NCBI GenBank assembly: GCA_965263035.1
Contig: OZ253580.1
Coordinates: 4,544,001 to 4,608,000 of the forward strand
Direction of reading: 5' to 3'
DNA from: Acidobacteriota bacterium
Lineage (GTDB): Bacteria > Acidobacteriota > UBA6911 > RPQK01 > JAJDTT01
Length of the DNA: 64,000 nucleotides
Shown: positions 1 to 9,529 of the stretch, piece by piece
Layout of the letters: every line of letters begins with the position of its first letter
Numbering within the stretch: position 1 is the first letter of the stretch
The notes under the pieces: model-generated
What the model saw: only the letters and a program-made list of their open reading frames with translations
Told to the model about the DNA's origin: nothing
Database searches by the model: none
Translations under genes and position numbers: made by a program

Positions 1-714
1 GGATCCGGGATCCCTGACTTCCGGGGACCCCAGGGCGTCTGGAAGAAATGGGCGCCGGTCTACTACCAGGAGTTCCTCGTTTCTCATGAGGCCCGGATCC
101 GGCACTGGCAGTACAAGCTGGAGGGCTGGGAGGGGTTCCGCGACGCCAAGCCCAATTCGGCACATCGTGCGTTGTCCCGTCTGGACCGGCAGGGGCGTCT
201 CGATGCCCTGGTCACCCAGAACATCGACGGCTTGCATCAGTTGGCCGGGCATCCTCCGGGAAGAGTCATCGAGTTGCATGGAACGAATCGGATGGTGGAG
301 TGCATCGGCTGTGGCAGCCGTCGAGACCCGGACCCGGTCTATTCGAAGTTCGCGCGCACGGGAGATCCACCGCAGTGCCCGTGCGGAGGCTTCCTGAAAC
401 CGGCGACTGTCTCCTTCGGCCAGGCCATGCCCCGGGACAAGTTGGAACAGGCTTTTGAGGCGGCCGGCCGGGCTCAGGTGGTCTGCTCCATCGGATCCAC
501 ACTGGAGGTGGAACCGGCGGCCTCGGTGCCTCGGGCGGCCCAGCAGGACGGCGCCTTCTACGCCATCATCAATCGGGGTCCGACGGCACACGACACCATC
601 GCCGATCTGAAGATCGAGGGGGACGTCAACCGGATCCTGCCGGAGCTGGCCGACCGGCTGGAGCGGCGGCCTGGAGCGGCGGCCTGGAGCGGCGGCTTTC
701 TTGCCGCCGATTAG
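1..714 (+). CDS. cobB: Sir2-family NAD-dependent protein deacylase (5' end outside window)
   Basis: Frame 1 is open from base 1: SGIPDFRGPQGVW, TQNIDGLHQ, ELHG, CxxC...CxC zinc site, LKPATVSFGQ, GSTLEVEPAA, IINRGPT. Confidence 0.93.
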   Translation, partial: GSGIPDFRGPQGVWKKWAPVYYQEFLVSHEARIRHWQYKLEGWEGFRDAKPNSAHRALSRLDRQGRLDALVTQNIDGLHQLAGHPPGRVIELHGTNRMVECIGCGSRRDPDPVYSKFARTGDPPQCPCGGFLKPATVSFGQAMPRDKLEQAFEAAGRAQVVCSIGSTLEVEPAASVPRAAQQDGAFYAIINRGPTAHDTIADLKIEGDVNRILPELADRLERRPGAAAWSGGFLAAD

Positions 715-724
715 GGGGGCGGGT

Positions 725-745
725 AGGGGGGACGGAAGTCCCCCT
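725..745. repeat. REP-like GC-rich hairpin
   Basis: GGGGGAC-GGAA-GTCCCCC just after the cobB stop; similar to hairpins at 4208 and 22510. Confidence 0.5.
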
Positions 746-857
746 CTTGTCCCTTCGTCCCCACCTGATCCCCGTCTCCAGCCGGCTCTCTTTATCCCCA
801 CTTTCCCGGCGAATTAGACTGTCGCGGCCCGGCCGGGCCCAGCAGCAGAATTTTCCC

Positions 858-1309
858 ATGACCGCCCGCAACCAGATTCACGTCTGTTGGACCATCGACT
901 GCGAGGTCACCCAAAAGGCCATCGAAGACACCGCCTTGAGGTCTTCCGCGAGCTGCACCGGCAATTGGAAGGGGTGGAGGAGATCATCCGTCCCGCCGGG
1001 ATCGAGCCGGGTCACGGGTGCCACCTCTATGTGTGCCGCTTGGACACAGGACGGGTGCCGTTCGGCCGGGACGCTTTTCTGAGGACTCTCAAGCAGAAGT
1101 ACCGGGTCAGCCGCGGCATCCATTACCCGCCGGTCTGGAACTGGGACGTTCTCGCGCGGCGGGGCTACGGCGAGGCGGCGGCCGGCTGTCCCGTGGCTGC
1201 ACTGGCCGGAAAACAGGCGTTCAGCCTCCCTCTCTTTCCCCAGACCACGATCGAGGACTGCTCCTACCTGGCCTGGGCCCTGAAGCAGAGTCTTCTGGAA
1301 GCCGTATGA
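858..1309 (+). pseudogene. Chimeric relic: short N-terminus (MTARNQIHVCWTIDCE) joined out of frame to the C-terminal part of a DegT/DnrJ/EryC1/StrS aminotransferase
   Basis: ORF 887..1309 has HLYVCRL, GIHYPPV, CPVA, FSLPLFP typical of a DegT C-terminus. It lacks the PLP-binding N-terminal domain; junction near 935-945. Confidence 0.65.
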
Positions 1310-1329
1310 CGACGCGCAAGGTTCGCTGG

Positions 1330-1488
1330 GAGTCTGCGCGGTAGGAATGATCGTAGCGAGAAAGTGGGGAATCGAGGCCAGATTTTCTCGATTTGGAGGT
1401 GCATAGTTGTTCTATTCGCCGAGAAATCGGGGAAATATGGACCGATTCTACCGCTTTCGCAGTAGATCAATTTCTGCCGCGCAGGCTC
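1330..1488. mobile_element. 159-bp MITE copy 1 (IS5-like ends)
   Basis: Imperfect TIRs GAGTCTGCGCGGTAG / CTGCCGCGCAGGCTC flanked by CTGG/CTAG; near-identical inverted copy at 23922-24080. Confidence 0.85.
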
Positions 1489-1687
1489 CTAGGCCCTGGT
1501 GGGGGCGGGGAAGCCGGGGATTGGAGGGTCACTCCATCCAGATCGGGCGGGGGAGTGCTCAGCGACGTGGGATGACATCGTCTGGATCTGCTGGCCTGTC
1601 GAATCATGGAAGCCGTCTTCCGATCCGCCCGGCAGGCTCCGGGTCTTTCCAACAGACGCTGTGGGCGTAGTAGACTGATCCCGAGGA

Positions 1688-4126
1688 ATGCGGACAGCAA
1701 GGATGCGGACTGGAAGCTGGCGCCGCCGTTTTGCCGTGTTGATAACGGCCGCCACGATCCAGCTCCCGTCCATGGGCCGGTCCGGTTCGTCCGAAGACGC
1801 CGTCCAGGTCCAATCCATCCTCCATGACCGGTGCCACTCCTGCCACAACCCCCGGCTGCTGCAGGGCGGGCTCTCACTCCAGACCCTGACGGACGTCTTG
1901 AAGGGCGGCGTAAGCGGACCGGCCCTGGCCCCCGGATCCAGCCGGGAGAGCCTCCTCTTCCAACGGGTCAGCGGAATCAAGGAGCCCCGGATGCCCTTCC
2001 GGAAAGAGCCCTTGAACCCGCAGGAACTGGCTCTGCTGCGGCGCTGGATCGACCAGGGAGCGAATTGGCCCTCCGATCAACCGCCTCCGGCGGCGACGCC
2101 TCGGCTCGCGCCCCGTTGGCCCCGGGTGCCGGAGCAACCGGTCCATTTCACGAATCCCATCGATCGCTTTGTCGCCGCGCACCTCTCGGCTCAGGGGAAA
2201 ATCTTTCCCCAGCCGGTCCCGGACCGGGTCTTCCTGAGGCGAGTCCATCTGGATCTGTGGGGGCTCCTGCCCTCTCCCCGGGAAGTCGAGAGCTTCCTCT
2301 GGGAGGAGAGCGACGGGAAACGGGAACGGCAAGTCAGAACGCTGCTGGAGGATTCGGACCGCTACGCTCAGCACTGGATGAGCTACTGGAACGACCTCCT
2401 GCGCAACGACGAAGGAGTCCGCTACCACGGGGAACGGGAGCCGATCTCGGAATGGTTGCGGAAAGCTCTCCAGGAGAATCTGTCCTACGACCGTCTGGTG
2501 CAGGCGCTCCTGAACCCGGCGGCCGAGGACGATCCCCGGGGTTTTCTGGTCGGGGTCAACTGGCGGGGCGAGATCAGCGCCAGCCAGAGCCGGCCCATGC
2601 AGGCGGCGCAGAACAGCGCCCACCTCTTCCTGGGGGTCAATCTGAAGTGCGCCTCCTGCCACGACAGCTTCGTGGACCGCTGGAAGTTGTCCGACAGCTA
2701 CGGCCTCGCCAGTCTCTTCGCCGAGGAGGAGTTGGAACTGGTGCGCTGCGACGTCCCGCTGGGACGAACGGCGGCCCCCCGGCTCATCTTCCCCGAGTTG
2801 GGTCAGATTTCCGCCGGTGACCTGGAGCAACGGCGGCGGCAGGCGGCGGCACTCTTCACTTCGCCACGCAACGGCCGCTTCGCCCGAACCCTGGTGAATC
2901 GCATCTGGGGCCGGCTGCTGGGCCGCGGTCTGGTCCAGGCCATGGATGATCCGGAAAGCACGGCCTGGTCCCCCGATCTCCTGGACTGGCTGGCTTGGGA
3001 CTTCGTGGAGAACGGCCACGATCTCCGGAGGCTGCTGACACAGATCCTGACCTCCCGAACCTACCGGATGCCTTCGGTCCAGGACTCGCCGACGGAGGAG
3101 TCGTCCGCGCCGTTTGGGGGACCGGTCCCGAGGCGTCTGTCCGCGGAGCAGTTCCTGGACGGCGTCTCCTCGGTGACCGGCGAGTGGAAGATCCTGCGCT
3201 CCGGCTCGGGCGACCCGGGCCGGCCCAGCCGTGCCTGGAGATTCAAGTCGAGCCCCTTGACCCGGTCACTGGGCAGGCCCATTCGGGATCAGGTGGTGCT
3301 GGAACGCAACCACGAATCCAGCACCCTGCAGGCTTTGGAGCTCTCGTTCGGGGACGAGTTGAACCGGATGATCCGCCGGGGAGCCGCCAGATTGGCCGGG
3401 CAGCTCCGGCCGACGCCCCGGAATCACTTCGACAGCGGCGACATGAGCTGGGGAAAGGGGGAGGTCGATGTCGACGTCGAGGGATTCCGCGAGCTGCGGC
3501 TTCTGGCCGTCGATATGGATTCCTACGATCCGTCGCGGGTCCGAGTGGGCTGGGCCGCGGCAGAACTGGTTGGACCGGGGGGTGTGACGCCGCTCCGACA
3601 ACTGCCGGGCGAGGGGACATTCGAGGAGGGGCCGGTCCAATTCGTGGAGCGGAAGATCCGGCGGGTCGCCGCTGCCGACGGGACGACCGAATCGGTCGCC
3701 GACAAGACTCCTTATCCCTATTCCGAGGCGCTGATCACCGGACTGCCCGGTGAGCTGGTATTTCCGCTGGAGGAGAAGGGATTCACTCGATTTCGGGCCG
3801 TGGTGGGTGTGGACGAGGGGAGTCTGGAGAGCGACATCCACCCCACCGTCCGTTTCTTCGTCTTCGACCGGGAGCCCGACCGGGATCGGCTGCTGCGGGA
3901 GGAGGGAGATCCGCCCGTGGCCAGAGCTCCGCATCGGTTCTCGGCGGAAGGCCTGGTCACCTATCTTTACCGCTACTGTCTGGCGCGGGATCCCACCGCT
4001 TCGGAGCGGGAGCTGGCTCTCTCCCTTCTGGGCACTCCGGGACCCGCGGAAGAGCTGGATACGGAGGGGGTGGAAGACCTGCTCTGGTCCGTTTTTCTCT
4101 CGCCCGAGTTCCAGACCGTTCGCTGA
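1688..4126 (+). CDS. Planctomycete-type cytochrome c (PSCyt1)-DUF1549-DUF1553 protein with an inserted NPCBM-like domain
   Basis: RCHSCH and KCASCH heme motifs; NPIDRF, FLRRVHLDLWGLLP, YAQHWMSYWNDLLR, NRIWGRLLGRGL, LLDWLAWDF, RRLSAEQF, SPEF. Confidence 0.9.
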   Translation: MRTARMRTGSWRRRFAVLITAATIQLPSMGRSGSSEDAVQVQSILHDRCHSCHNPRLLQGGLSLQTLTDVLKGGVSGPALAPGSSRESLLFQRVSGIKEPRMPFRKEPLNPQELALLRRWIDQGANWPSDQPPPAATPRLAPRWPRVPEQPVHFTNPIDRFVAAHLSAQGKIFPQPVPDRVFLRRVHLDLWGLLPSPREVESFLWEESDGKRERQVRTLLEDSDRYAQHWMSYWNDLLRNDEGVRYHGEREPISEWLRKALQENLSYDRLVQALLNPAAEDDPRGFLVGVNWRGEISASQSRPMQAAQNSAHLFLGVNLKCASCHDSFVDRWKLSDSYGLASLFAEEELELVRCDVPLGRTAAPRLIFPELGQISAGDLEQRRRQAAALFTSPRNGRFARTLVNRIWGRLLGRGLVQAMDDPESTAWSPDLLDWLAWDFVENGHDLRRLLTQILTSRTYRMPSVQDSPTEESSAPFGGPVPRRLSAEQFLDGVSSVTGEWKILRSGSGDPGRPSRAWRFKSSPLTRSLGRPIRDQVVLERNHESSTLQALELSFGDELNRMIRRGAARLAGQLRPTPRNHFDSGDMSWGKGEVDVDVEGFRELRLLAVDMDSYDPSRVRVGWAAAELVGPGGVTPLRQLPGEGTFEEGPVQFVERKIRRVAAADGTTESVADKTPYPYSEALITGLPGELVFPLEEKGFTRFRAVVGVDEGSLESDIHPTVRFFVFDREPDRDRLLREEGDPPVARAPHRFSAEGLVTYLYRYCLARDPTASERELALSLLGTPGPAEELDTEGVEDLLWSVFLSPEFQTVR

Positions 4127-4207
4127 ATTTCGCCCCCCACCCGCGGCTCGCTACGCGTAAGAGACCCGCCTTTCTTCACTCTTTCCTCGTTCCTCTTCTA
4201 AGAAACA

Positions 4208-4278
4208 AGGAGGGGCGACTTCCAGTCGCCCATTCCTCCATGCTCCACCGGAGTTCGGCGGTTGGAAACCGCCGCTCC
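4208..4278. repeat. REP/BIME-like paired hairpins
   Basis: GGGCGAC-TTCCA-GTCGCCC followed by GGCGGTT-GGA-AACCGCC-GCTCC; same arrangement at 22510-22598. Confidence 0.7.
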
Positions 4279-4368
4279 TACCCTTTTTCTACCGGGCGTC
4301 CGCCGGACCGGGCCGGTGGGGGAGCTTTTCTCTTTCCTGTGTTTCTTGAAACCTGAAAGAGGGCGCCC

Positions 4369-5307
4369 CTACCGTCTGCTCCGTTTCCCCTCCAGGTAAT
4401 CGGCCAATCCCTCGCTCCAGTGGGGCATGGGGTCCAGACCGGCCCGGACCAGGGCCTCGTTGGCCAGGACCGAGTACGCGGGCCGGGTGGCCCTGGCTCC
4501 GAATTCCTGGGAAGTGACGGGCGTCAGGTCCGGCGTGAGGCCGGTCAGCTCGAAGAGCCGGCGGGCGAATTCGTGCCAGGTGCACTCTCCCCGATTGGTG
4601 ACGTGCACTGTTCCCCGGGCCCCCGCGGCCAGCAACTGGACCATCTTTCGAGCCAGATGCGCCGTAAACGTGGGCCCGAGGCGCTGGTCGTCCACCACCC
4701 GGATGGGACGGCCCTTTCCGGCCAATCCCAGCATGATGGCCACGAAGTTCCGTTCTCCGGCCAGACCATAAAGCCCCGAGGTCCTGACGATCAGGTGCCG
4801 CCGGCACTCTCCTCGAAGCAGGTTTTCGCCGGCCAGCTTGGAGGCTCCATAGACGTTCAAGGGGGAAGGGGGGGCATCCTCCGTGTAGGGTGAGGTCCGG
4901 TTTCCATCACCGCCGAACACATAGTCGGTGCTCACGTGCACCAGAAGCGCGTCCAGGTCGTTGCAGATCCGGCCCAGGTTCAGGACCGCGACGGCGTTGG
5001 TGTCGAAGGCCTTGGATTCGTGGTCCTCACAGTCGTCGACTCGATGATAGGCCGCCGTGTTGATGACGGCGTCCGGCCGGAACCGGGTCAGGATCTCCCG
5101 GGTGCCGGCGAGGTCGCAGATCTCGAGTTCCCGATGGGAAAGAGGGACGGCGTGAAACCTTTGTGGCGCAGAGGCAGGGATTGGCCTGGACTGTTCTTTG
5201 CCGGGCCGCGAATCCTGCTCTCGAACGATCCGATCCGGCTCACCCAACTCCCGCACCAAGTCGGATCCAAGCTGCCCACTGGACCCGATCACGACCACTG
5301 TGCGCAT
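4369..5307 (-). CDS. rfbD: dTDP-4-dehydrorhamnose reductase
   Basis: GSSGQLG Rossmann motif, INTAAYHRVD, STDYVFGG, YGASKLAGE, VVDDQRLGPT, RPAYSVL. Confidence 0.93.
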   Translation of the reverse strand: MRTVVVIGSSGQLGSDLVRELGEPDRIVREQDSRPGKEQSRPIPASAPQRFHAVPLSHRELEICDLAGTREILTRFRPDAVINTAAYHRVDDCEDHESKAFDTNAVAVLNLGRICNDLDALLVHVSTDYVFGGDGNRTSPYTEDAPPSPLNVYGASKLAGENLLRGECRRHLIVRTSGLYGLAGERNFVAIMLGLAGKGRPIRVVDDQRLGPTFTAHLARKMVQLLAAGARGTVHVTNRGECTWHEFARRLFELTGLTPDLTPVTSQEFGARATRPAYSVLANEALVRAGLDPMPHWSEGLADYLEGKRSRR

Positions 5308-5463
5308 GCGGCGCCTCCTCCGTCCGGCTCCGTAGATCCGGATCGGCTATTGAGACTTGAAGAGTAGCAGCTACAGTTGGGCAGTGCGGGCCAGCCGGCA
5401 TTGCTCCCCGGAGAAACAATCTTTCCGGTGAGGTATCCGGGATAGTTGATGTAAAGTAAAACA

Positions 5464-6453
5464 ATGTCCAACGATCGTCACGAACACGACGGCCATTGCC
5501 ACCATCATGGCCTCGACGGGGATTCGCATGACCTTCGCGGGGCCAGCCGGCGCAATCTGACCACTGCGCTCGTGCTGATCGCCGGCTATATGTTCGCCGA
5601 GGTCATCGGCGGCATCCTCTCCGGGAGTTTGGCGCTCATCGCGGACGCCGGGCACATGCTGACCGACGCGGCGTCGATCGGCCTCGCCTTACTCGCCCTT
5701 CACTTTTCGACTCGGCCCGCGTCCGCACGGCATACCTTTGGTTATCGCCGCCTCGAGATCCTGGCAGCTCTGCTGAACGCAGTCACGCTCTGGCTGATTG
5801 CCACTTGGGTCGTTTTCGAAGCCTACCACCGCTTCACGGCCATGCCCGACGTCAAGGGAGAGTTGATGCTGGCCGTCGGCTCGATTGGCCTCGTTGTCAA
5901 CCTCGTCGCGGCCTGGATCCTGCACCGGTCGGCGACGCACAGCGTGAACGTCGAAGGTGCCTACCAGCACGTCATGGCCGATCTTCTTGGGTCCATCGGT
6001 GTGGTGGTGTCGGGCATTCTCGTTTGGGCTTTCAATTGGAATATCGCGGACCCCATCCTGAGCGTGATCATCGGCATCCTCATCCTGGTGAGCTCATGGC
6101 GTCTTCTGGGGAAGGTGATCAACGTCCTGCTTGAAGGGGTTCCGCAACACATCGACATCGGTCGCCTATGCCGGCAAATGGAAGATGTGCCGGGCGTCGG
6201 CTCGATTCACGATATTCACGTTTGGAGCCTCGCCTCCGACTACGACGTTCTCACGGCTCACATTCTTGTAGATCCCGAAATTGAGGATACGGGCTTCATT
6301 CGGGACCGTCTCCGCGAGATCGCCTCCCGTGACTACGGCATTCGGCACGTCACGATTCAGTTGGAAGACACGGCGGAACGCTGTATCGATGAAAATCACC
6401 ATGTCGGCGACCTTGTTGCTCCCCGCGCCGCCGAGGGGTTCGAGACCGGCTGA
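5464..6453 (+). CDS. czcD: CDF-family Zn/Co/Cd efflux transporter (CzcD/ZitB type)
   Basis: His-rich N-terminus, SLALIADAGHMLTD, TFGYRRLEILAAL, HVMADLLGS, HDIHVWSL, HVTIQLE. Confidence 0.93.
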   Translation: MSNDRHEHDGHCHHHGLDGDSHDLRGASRRNLTTALVLIAGYMFAEVIGGILSGSLALIADAGHMLTDAASIGLALLALHFSTRPASARHTFGYRRLEILAALLNAVTLWLIATWVVFEAYHRFTAMPDVKGELMLAVGSIGLVVNLVAAWILHRSATHSVNVEGAYQHVMADLLGSIGVVVSGILVWAFNWNIADPILSVIIGILILVSSWRLLGKVINVLLEGVPQHIDIGRLCRQMEDVPGVGSIHDIHVWSLASDYDVLTAHILVDPEIEDTGFIRDRLREIASRDYGIRHVTIQLEDTAERCIDENHHVGDLVAPRAAEGFETG

Positions 6454-6615
6454 AGTTGGTGAATGGTCGCTATCACATGGGCCCGGTGACGGCGTCTGGA
6501 CACCATCCGAATTACGAAATTCAAAGGCACTGCTGATTCGGCAGGAAGGTTCTGATCCGAGGCCGCCGAATCCCGATTCCGGACGTTGAACCGGGGTCGC
6601 GTGGAGACAATCCTC

Positions 6616-7212
6616 ATGTTTCAGCTTGCCGGTTCGCTCGCCGCCCCGGTCGTGGGCGCGATCCTGTACAGGTGGCTACACGGCCGCAGCAGCGCCGTAC
6701 GTCTCTTCGACGGATTCATGTACGTCGCCGTACCGGCAATCGTCCTCGGGCAGGTCCTGCCGCATTCCTGGGAAGACCATGGCGTCCTCGCAATTCTGGT
6801 CCTCCTTCTGGGGATGGGCACACCTAATCTCATTGAACGGATTATTCGACCGCTCGCGCCCCACACCGATAATCTTGCCCTGCTGGCCGGCTTGTCGGGC
6901 CTGTTGATACACGCTTTTCTGGAGGGTGCGGCGTTGGTGTCCAAGGACACGCGGGTCACCTACGCTGTGATCCTTCACCGAATCCCGGTCGGCTTGATGA
7001 TCTGGTGGATCTTGCGACCCCGCCACGGCTTCCGGGTCGCGGCGATCGGCATTGGGACAATCCTGGTCGCGACAGTCGCCGGGTACGCCATCGGTGCCCG
7101 GTTCTTTGCCGACGGCGACGGCGTCGAGCTCTACCAGGCCTTTGTCGGCGGATCACTGCTCCATGCCGTATTTCACCAGGGTCGCCACGACCATCGGCAC
7201 GAGCACAACTAA
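6616..7212 (+). CDS. ZIP-like divalent metal permease (short form)
   Basis: About 7 hydrophobic segments; HAFLEGAAL and ILHRIPVG resemble the ZIP TM4/TM5 metal motifs; His-rich tail; GGAG RBS before ATG 6616. Confidence 0.6.
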   Translation: MFQLAGSLAAPVVGAILYRWLHGRSSAVRLFDGFMYVAVPAIVLGQVLPHSWEDHGVLAILVLLLGMGTPNLIERIIRPLAPHTDNLALLAGLSGLLIHAFLEGAALVSKDTRVTYAVILHRIPVGLMIWWILRPRHGFRVAAIGIGTILVATVAGYAIGARFFADGDGVELYQAFVGGSLLHAVFHQGRHDHRHEHN

Positions 7213-7320
7213 GGGACACACCGGCCGGTATACTCAGATCCCCACCTTCCATGGTAGACCGGGTGGGGAAACACCAAGCTCGCGTCAATTCCGATTATCG
7301 CAGGCACAGGAGTCAGATCA

Positions 7321-7656
7321 ATGGAGGTTGGTACCGAACGGAAAGACGGGATATTGATCGCCAAGGCGGAGGGTCACATCGACGGTACCAATGCCCGCGA
7401 GTTCGAGGAGGCGCTCCAGGGGGAGATCTCCGCCGAAGATCGTCTCTTGATTCTGGATATGGAGGCGCTCGTCTACATCAGCAGCGCGGGCCTCCGCGTT
7501 CTGTTGTTATTGGCCAAGACGCTCCAGAGACAAAGCGGAAAATTGGTGGTCTGCTCGCTCTCGGCTTCGATACGGGAGGTCTTTGAGATCAGTGGCTTCA
7601 GCAAGATCATTCCGACCTACAACTCCCGATTCGAAGCCCTGACCAGGCACGGTTAG
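7321..7656 (+). CDS. STAS-domain anti-sigma factor antagonist
   Basis: LDMEALVYISSAGLRVLL with phosphoacceptor Ser; EVFEISGF. Confidence 0.92.
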   Translation: MEVGTERKDGILIAKAEGHIDGTNAREFEEALQGEISAEDRLLILDMEALVYISSAGLRVLLLLAKTLQRQSGKLVVCSLSASIREVFEISGFSKIIPTYNSRFEALTRHG

Positions 7657-7895
7657 TGTCGGCGTGCCCCGAGAAACAGCCTGGAACCGCTTCCGACCGT
7701 TCTGCCTTTCACGAGCGTCCGGGACTGGTGGGGGAAGCGTGTCGGGTTTCTGGTCCCGGACTCCTGCCGATCGAGCCAGACCCGCTCGGATCCGACCGGA
7801 ACTCCGCGAGGCAACCCTCAAGCTTGCGAGCCGACGGGAGGAATGCGTAACATGGGCGCCGAATCCGATCTGTCCGGCGAGGCGGAGGAAACACC

Positions 7896-9410
7896 GTGCG
7901 GATATCCAGGCCAGCCCGTTCCAACGGTTTGGGTCGAAGACGGTTTCTCCAGCTTTCCGCCGCTGCCCTGGCGGCTTGGAGAAGCCCGGAGCCACGGCTT
8001 CTGGCGGCACCATCCCTGCCGGCTCGGGCCGACGCCATGATTCTGCTCTGGATGGCCGGAGGCATGGCTCAGACCGAAACCTTCGACCCCAAGCGCTACA
8101 CCCCGTTCGAACCTGGCGTCGAGTCGAAACGGGTGTTGAGCACGTTTCCCGCCATCGACACGGTGGTGGACGGCATCCAGCTCTCCAGCGGCCTCGACCG
8201 CCTGGCCCAGGTGATGGATCGGGCCACCCTGGTTCGCAGTCACCGTCTGGGAGACCTGGGGTTCATCCTCCACTCCCGCCACCAGTATCACTGGCACACC
8301 GGCTATGCGCCGCCCCTCTCGGTGGCGGCTCCCCACCTGGGGTCGGTGGTGGCTCGCACGCTGGGTCCCCGGCGTCCGGACGTGCCCGCCTTCGTGGACA
8401 TCGGGCAGGACATGGAGATCGGTGCGGAGAGCGACTCGCTCAAGGCCTTCCACACGGCCGGGTTCCTAGGCGCCGAGTACGGCCCCATGCTGATCCCGGA
8501 TCCGGCTGCCGCCGCCGGGGCCATGCGGCCGCCCCAGGGTGTGAACCGGGCCCGCGCCGCGCGCCGCTACCGCGCCTACCGCCGTCTGGTGGCCGAGAGC
8601 CCGGTGCTTCAGCAAGGGACGACGTACCAGCAGGAGTCGCTGCTCCGTTATCTGGACAGGGCGCACCGTCTGGTGGATTCTTCCGCGGCCGCGGCCTTCG
8701 ACTTGTCCCAGGAGCCCGAGGAGCGCTCCCGGAAATACGGTAACGGCCGCTTCGGTCAGGGTTGTCTCTTGGCGCGCCGGCTCGTCGAGGCGGGTGTCCG
8801 CTTCGTGGAGGTCACCACCGGTTACATCCCTTTTCGCTACTTCGACACTCACGAGAACGGCCACGAGCGCATGGTCCACCTCAAGCGAACCATCGACGCG
8901 CCCATCGCCCAATTGGTCCTGGACCTGGAGGAACGGGGGCTCCTGGAGCGGACGGTCGTGGTGGTGGCCAGCGAGTTCGGCCGGGACGCCCTCATCGAAG
9001 GCAAGCCGGACCTGGGCGTGAGGCAGCAGATCAAGGTCCCGGACCGGATGACCGAGCCGCGCCATTACGGCATGCACCGGCACTTCACCGAAGCCTCGTC
9101 GGTCCTGATTTTCGGGGGCGGATTCAAACCCGGTTTCCTCTACGGCCGGACCGACGACGAGCGCCCCTGCCGGGTGGTGGAGAACCCGGTTTCTATCGAA
9201 GACCTCCACGCCTCCCTCTATGCCGCCTTGGGCATTCCGCCGGATCAAGCCTACGAGGTCGAACAGCGGCCCTTCTTCGTGACCAAGGACGGCCGGGGAA
9301 AACCGATCCGGGAGCTGTATCAGTCCGTGGCGAAAGTCCCGCGAAGCACCGGGACCGGGGCTGCGCCCGCCGGACAAGGCGCTCTGCGGGGGCATACCGG
9401 GAGTATGTGA
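7896..9410 (+). CDS. DUF1501-domain protein with Tat signal
   Basis: RRRFLQ twin-arginine motif; LWMAGGMAQTETFDPK, CLLARRLVEAGVRFVEV, DTH, LLERTVVVVASEFGR. Confidence 0.9.
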   Translation: MRISRPARSNGLGRRRFLQLSAAALAAWRSPEPRLLAAPSLPARADAMILLWMAGGMAQTETFDPKRYTPFEPGVESKRVLSTFPAIDTVVDGIQLSSGLDRLAQVMDRATLVRSHRLGDLGFILHSRHQYHWHTGYAPPLSVAAPHLGSVVARTLGPRRPDVPAFVDIGQDMEIGAESDSLKAFHTAGFLGAEYGPMLIPDPAAAAGAMRPPQGVNRARAARRYRAYRRLVAESPVLQQGTTYQQESLLRYLDRAHRLVDSSAAAAFDLSQEPEERSRKYGNGRFGQGCLLARRLVEAGVRFVEVTTGYIPFRYFDTHENGHERMVHLKRTIDAPIAQLVLDLEERGLLERTVVVVASEFGRDALIEGKPDLGVRQQIKVPDRMTEPRHYGMHRHFTEASSVLIFGGGFKPGFLYGRTDDERPCRVVENPVSIEDLHASLYAALGIPPDQAYEVEQRPFFVTKDGRGKPIRELYQSVAKVPRSTGTGAAPAGQGALRGHTGSM

Positions 9411-9529
9411 CCGAGGAGCAACGCAGTCCGCGCACGATGCAGACGCGGTCGAATGCCGCGATGACTTCTACCACGGGCTGATATGCTTGAACCGACCGAT
9501 TTCCCAACCACACTCCGGAGTCGAAACCC

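Noticed and set aside
1264-1470. Duplicated small ORF MIYCESGRIG (also 23940-24230)
   Set aside because: Incidental frame inside the MITE; the C-termini diverge at the element boundary
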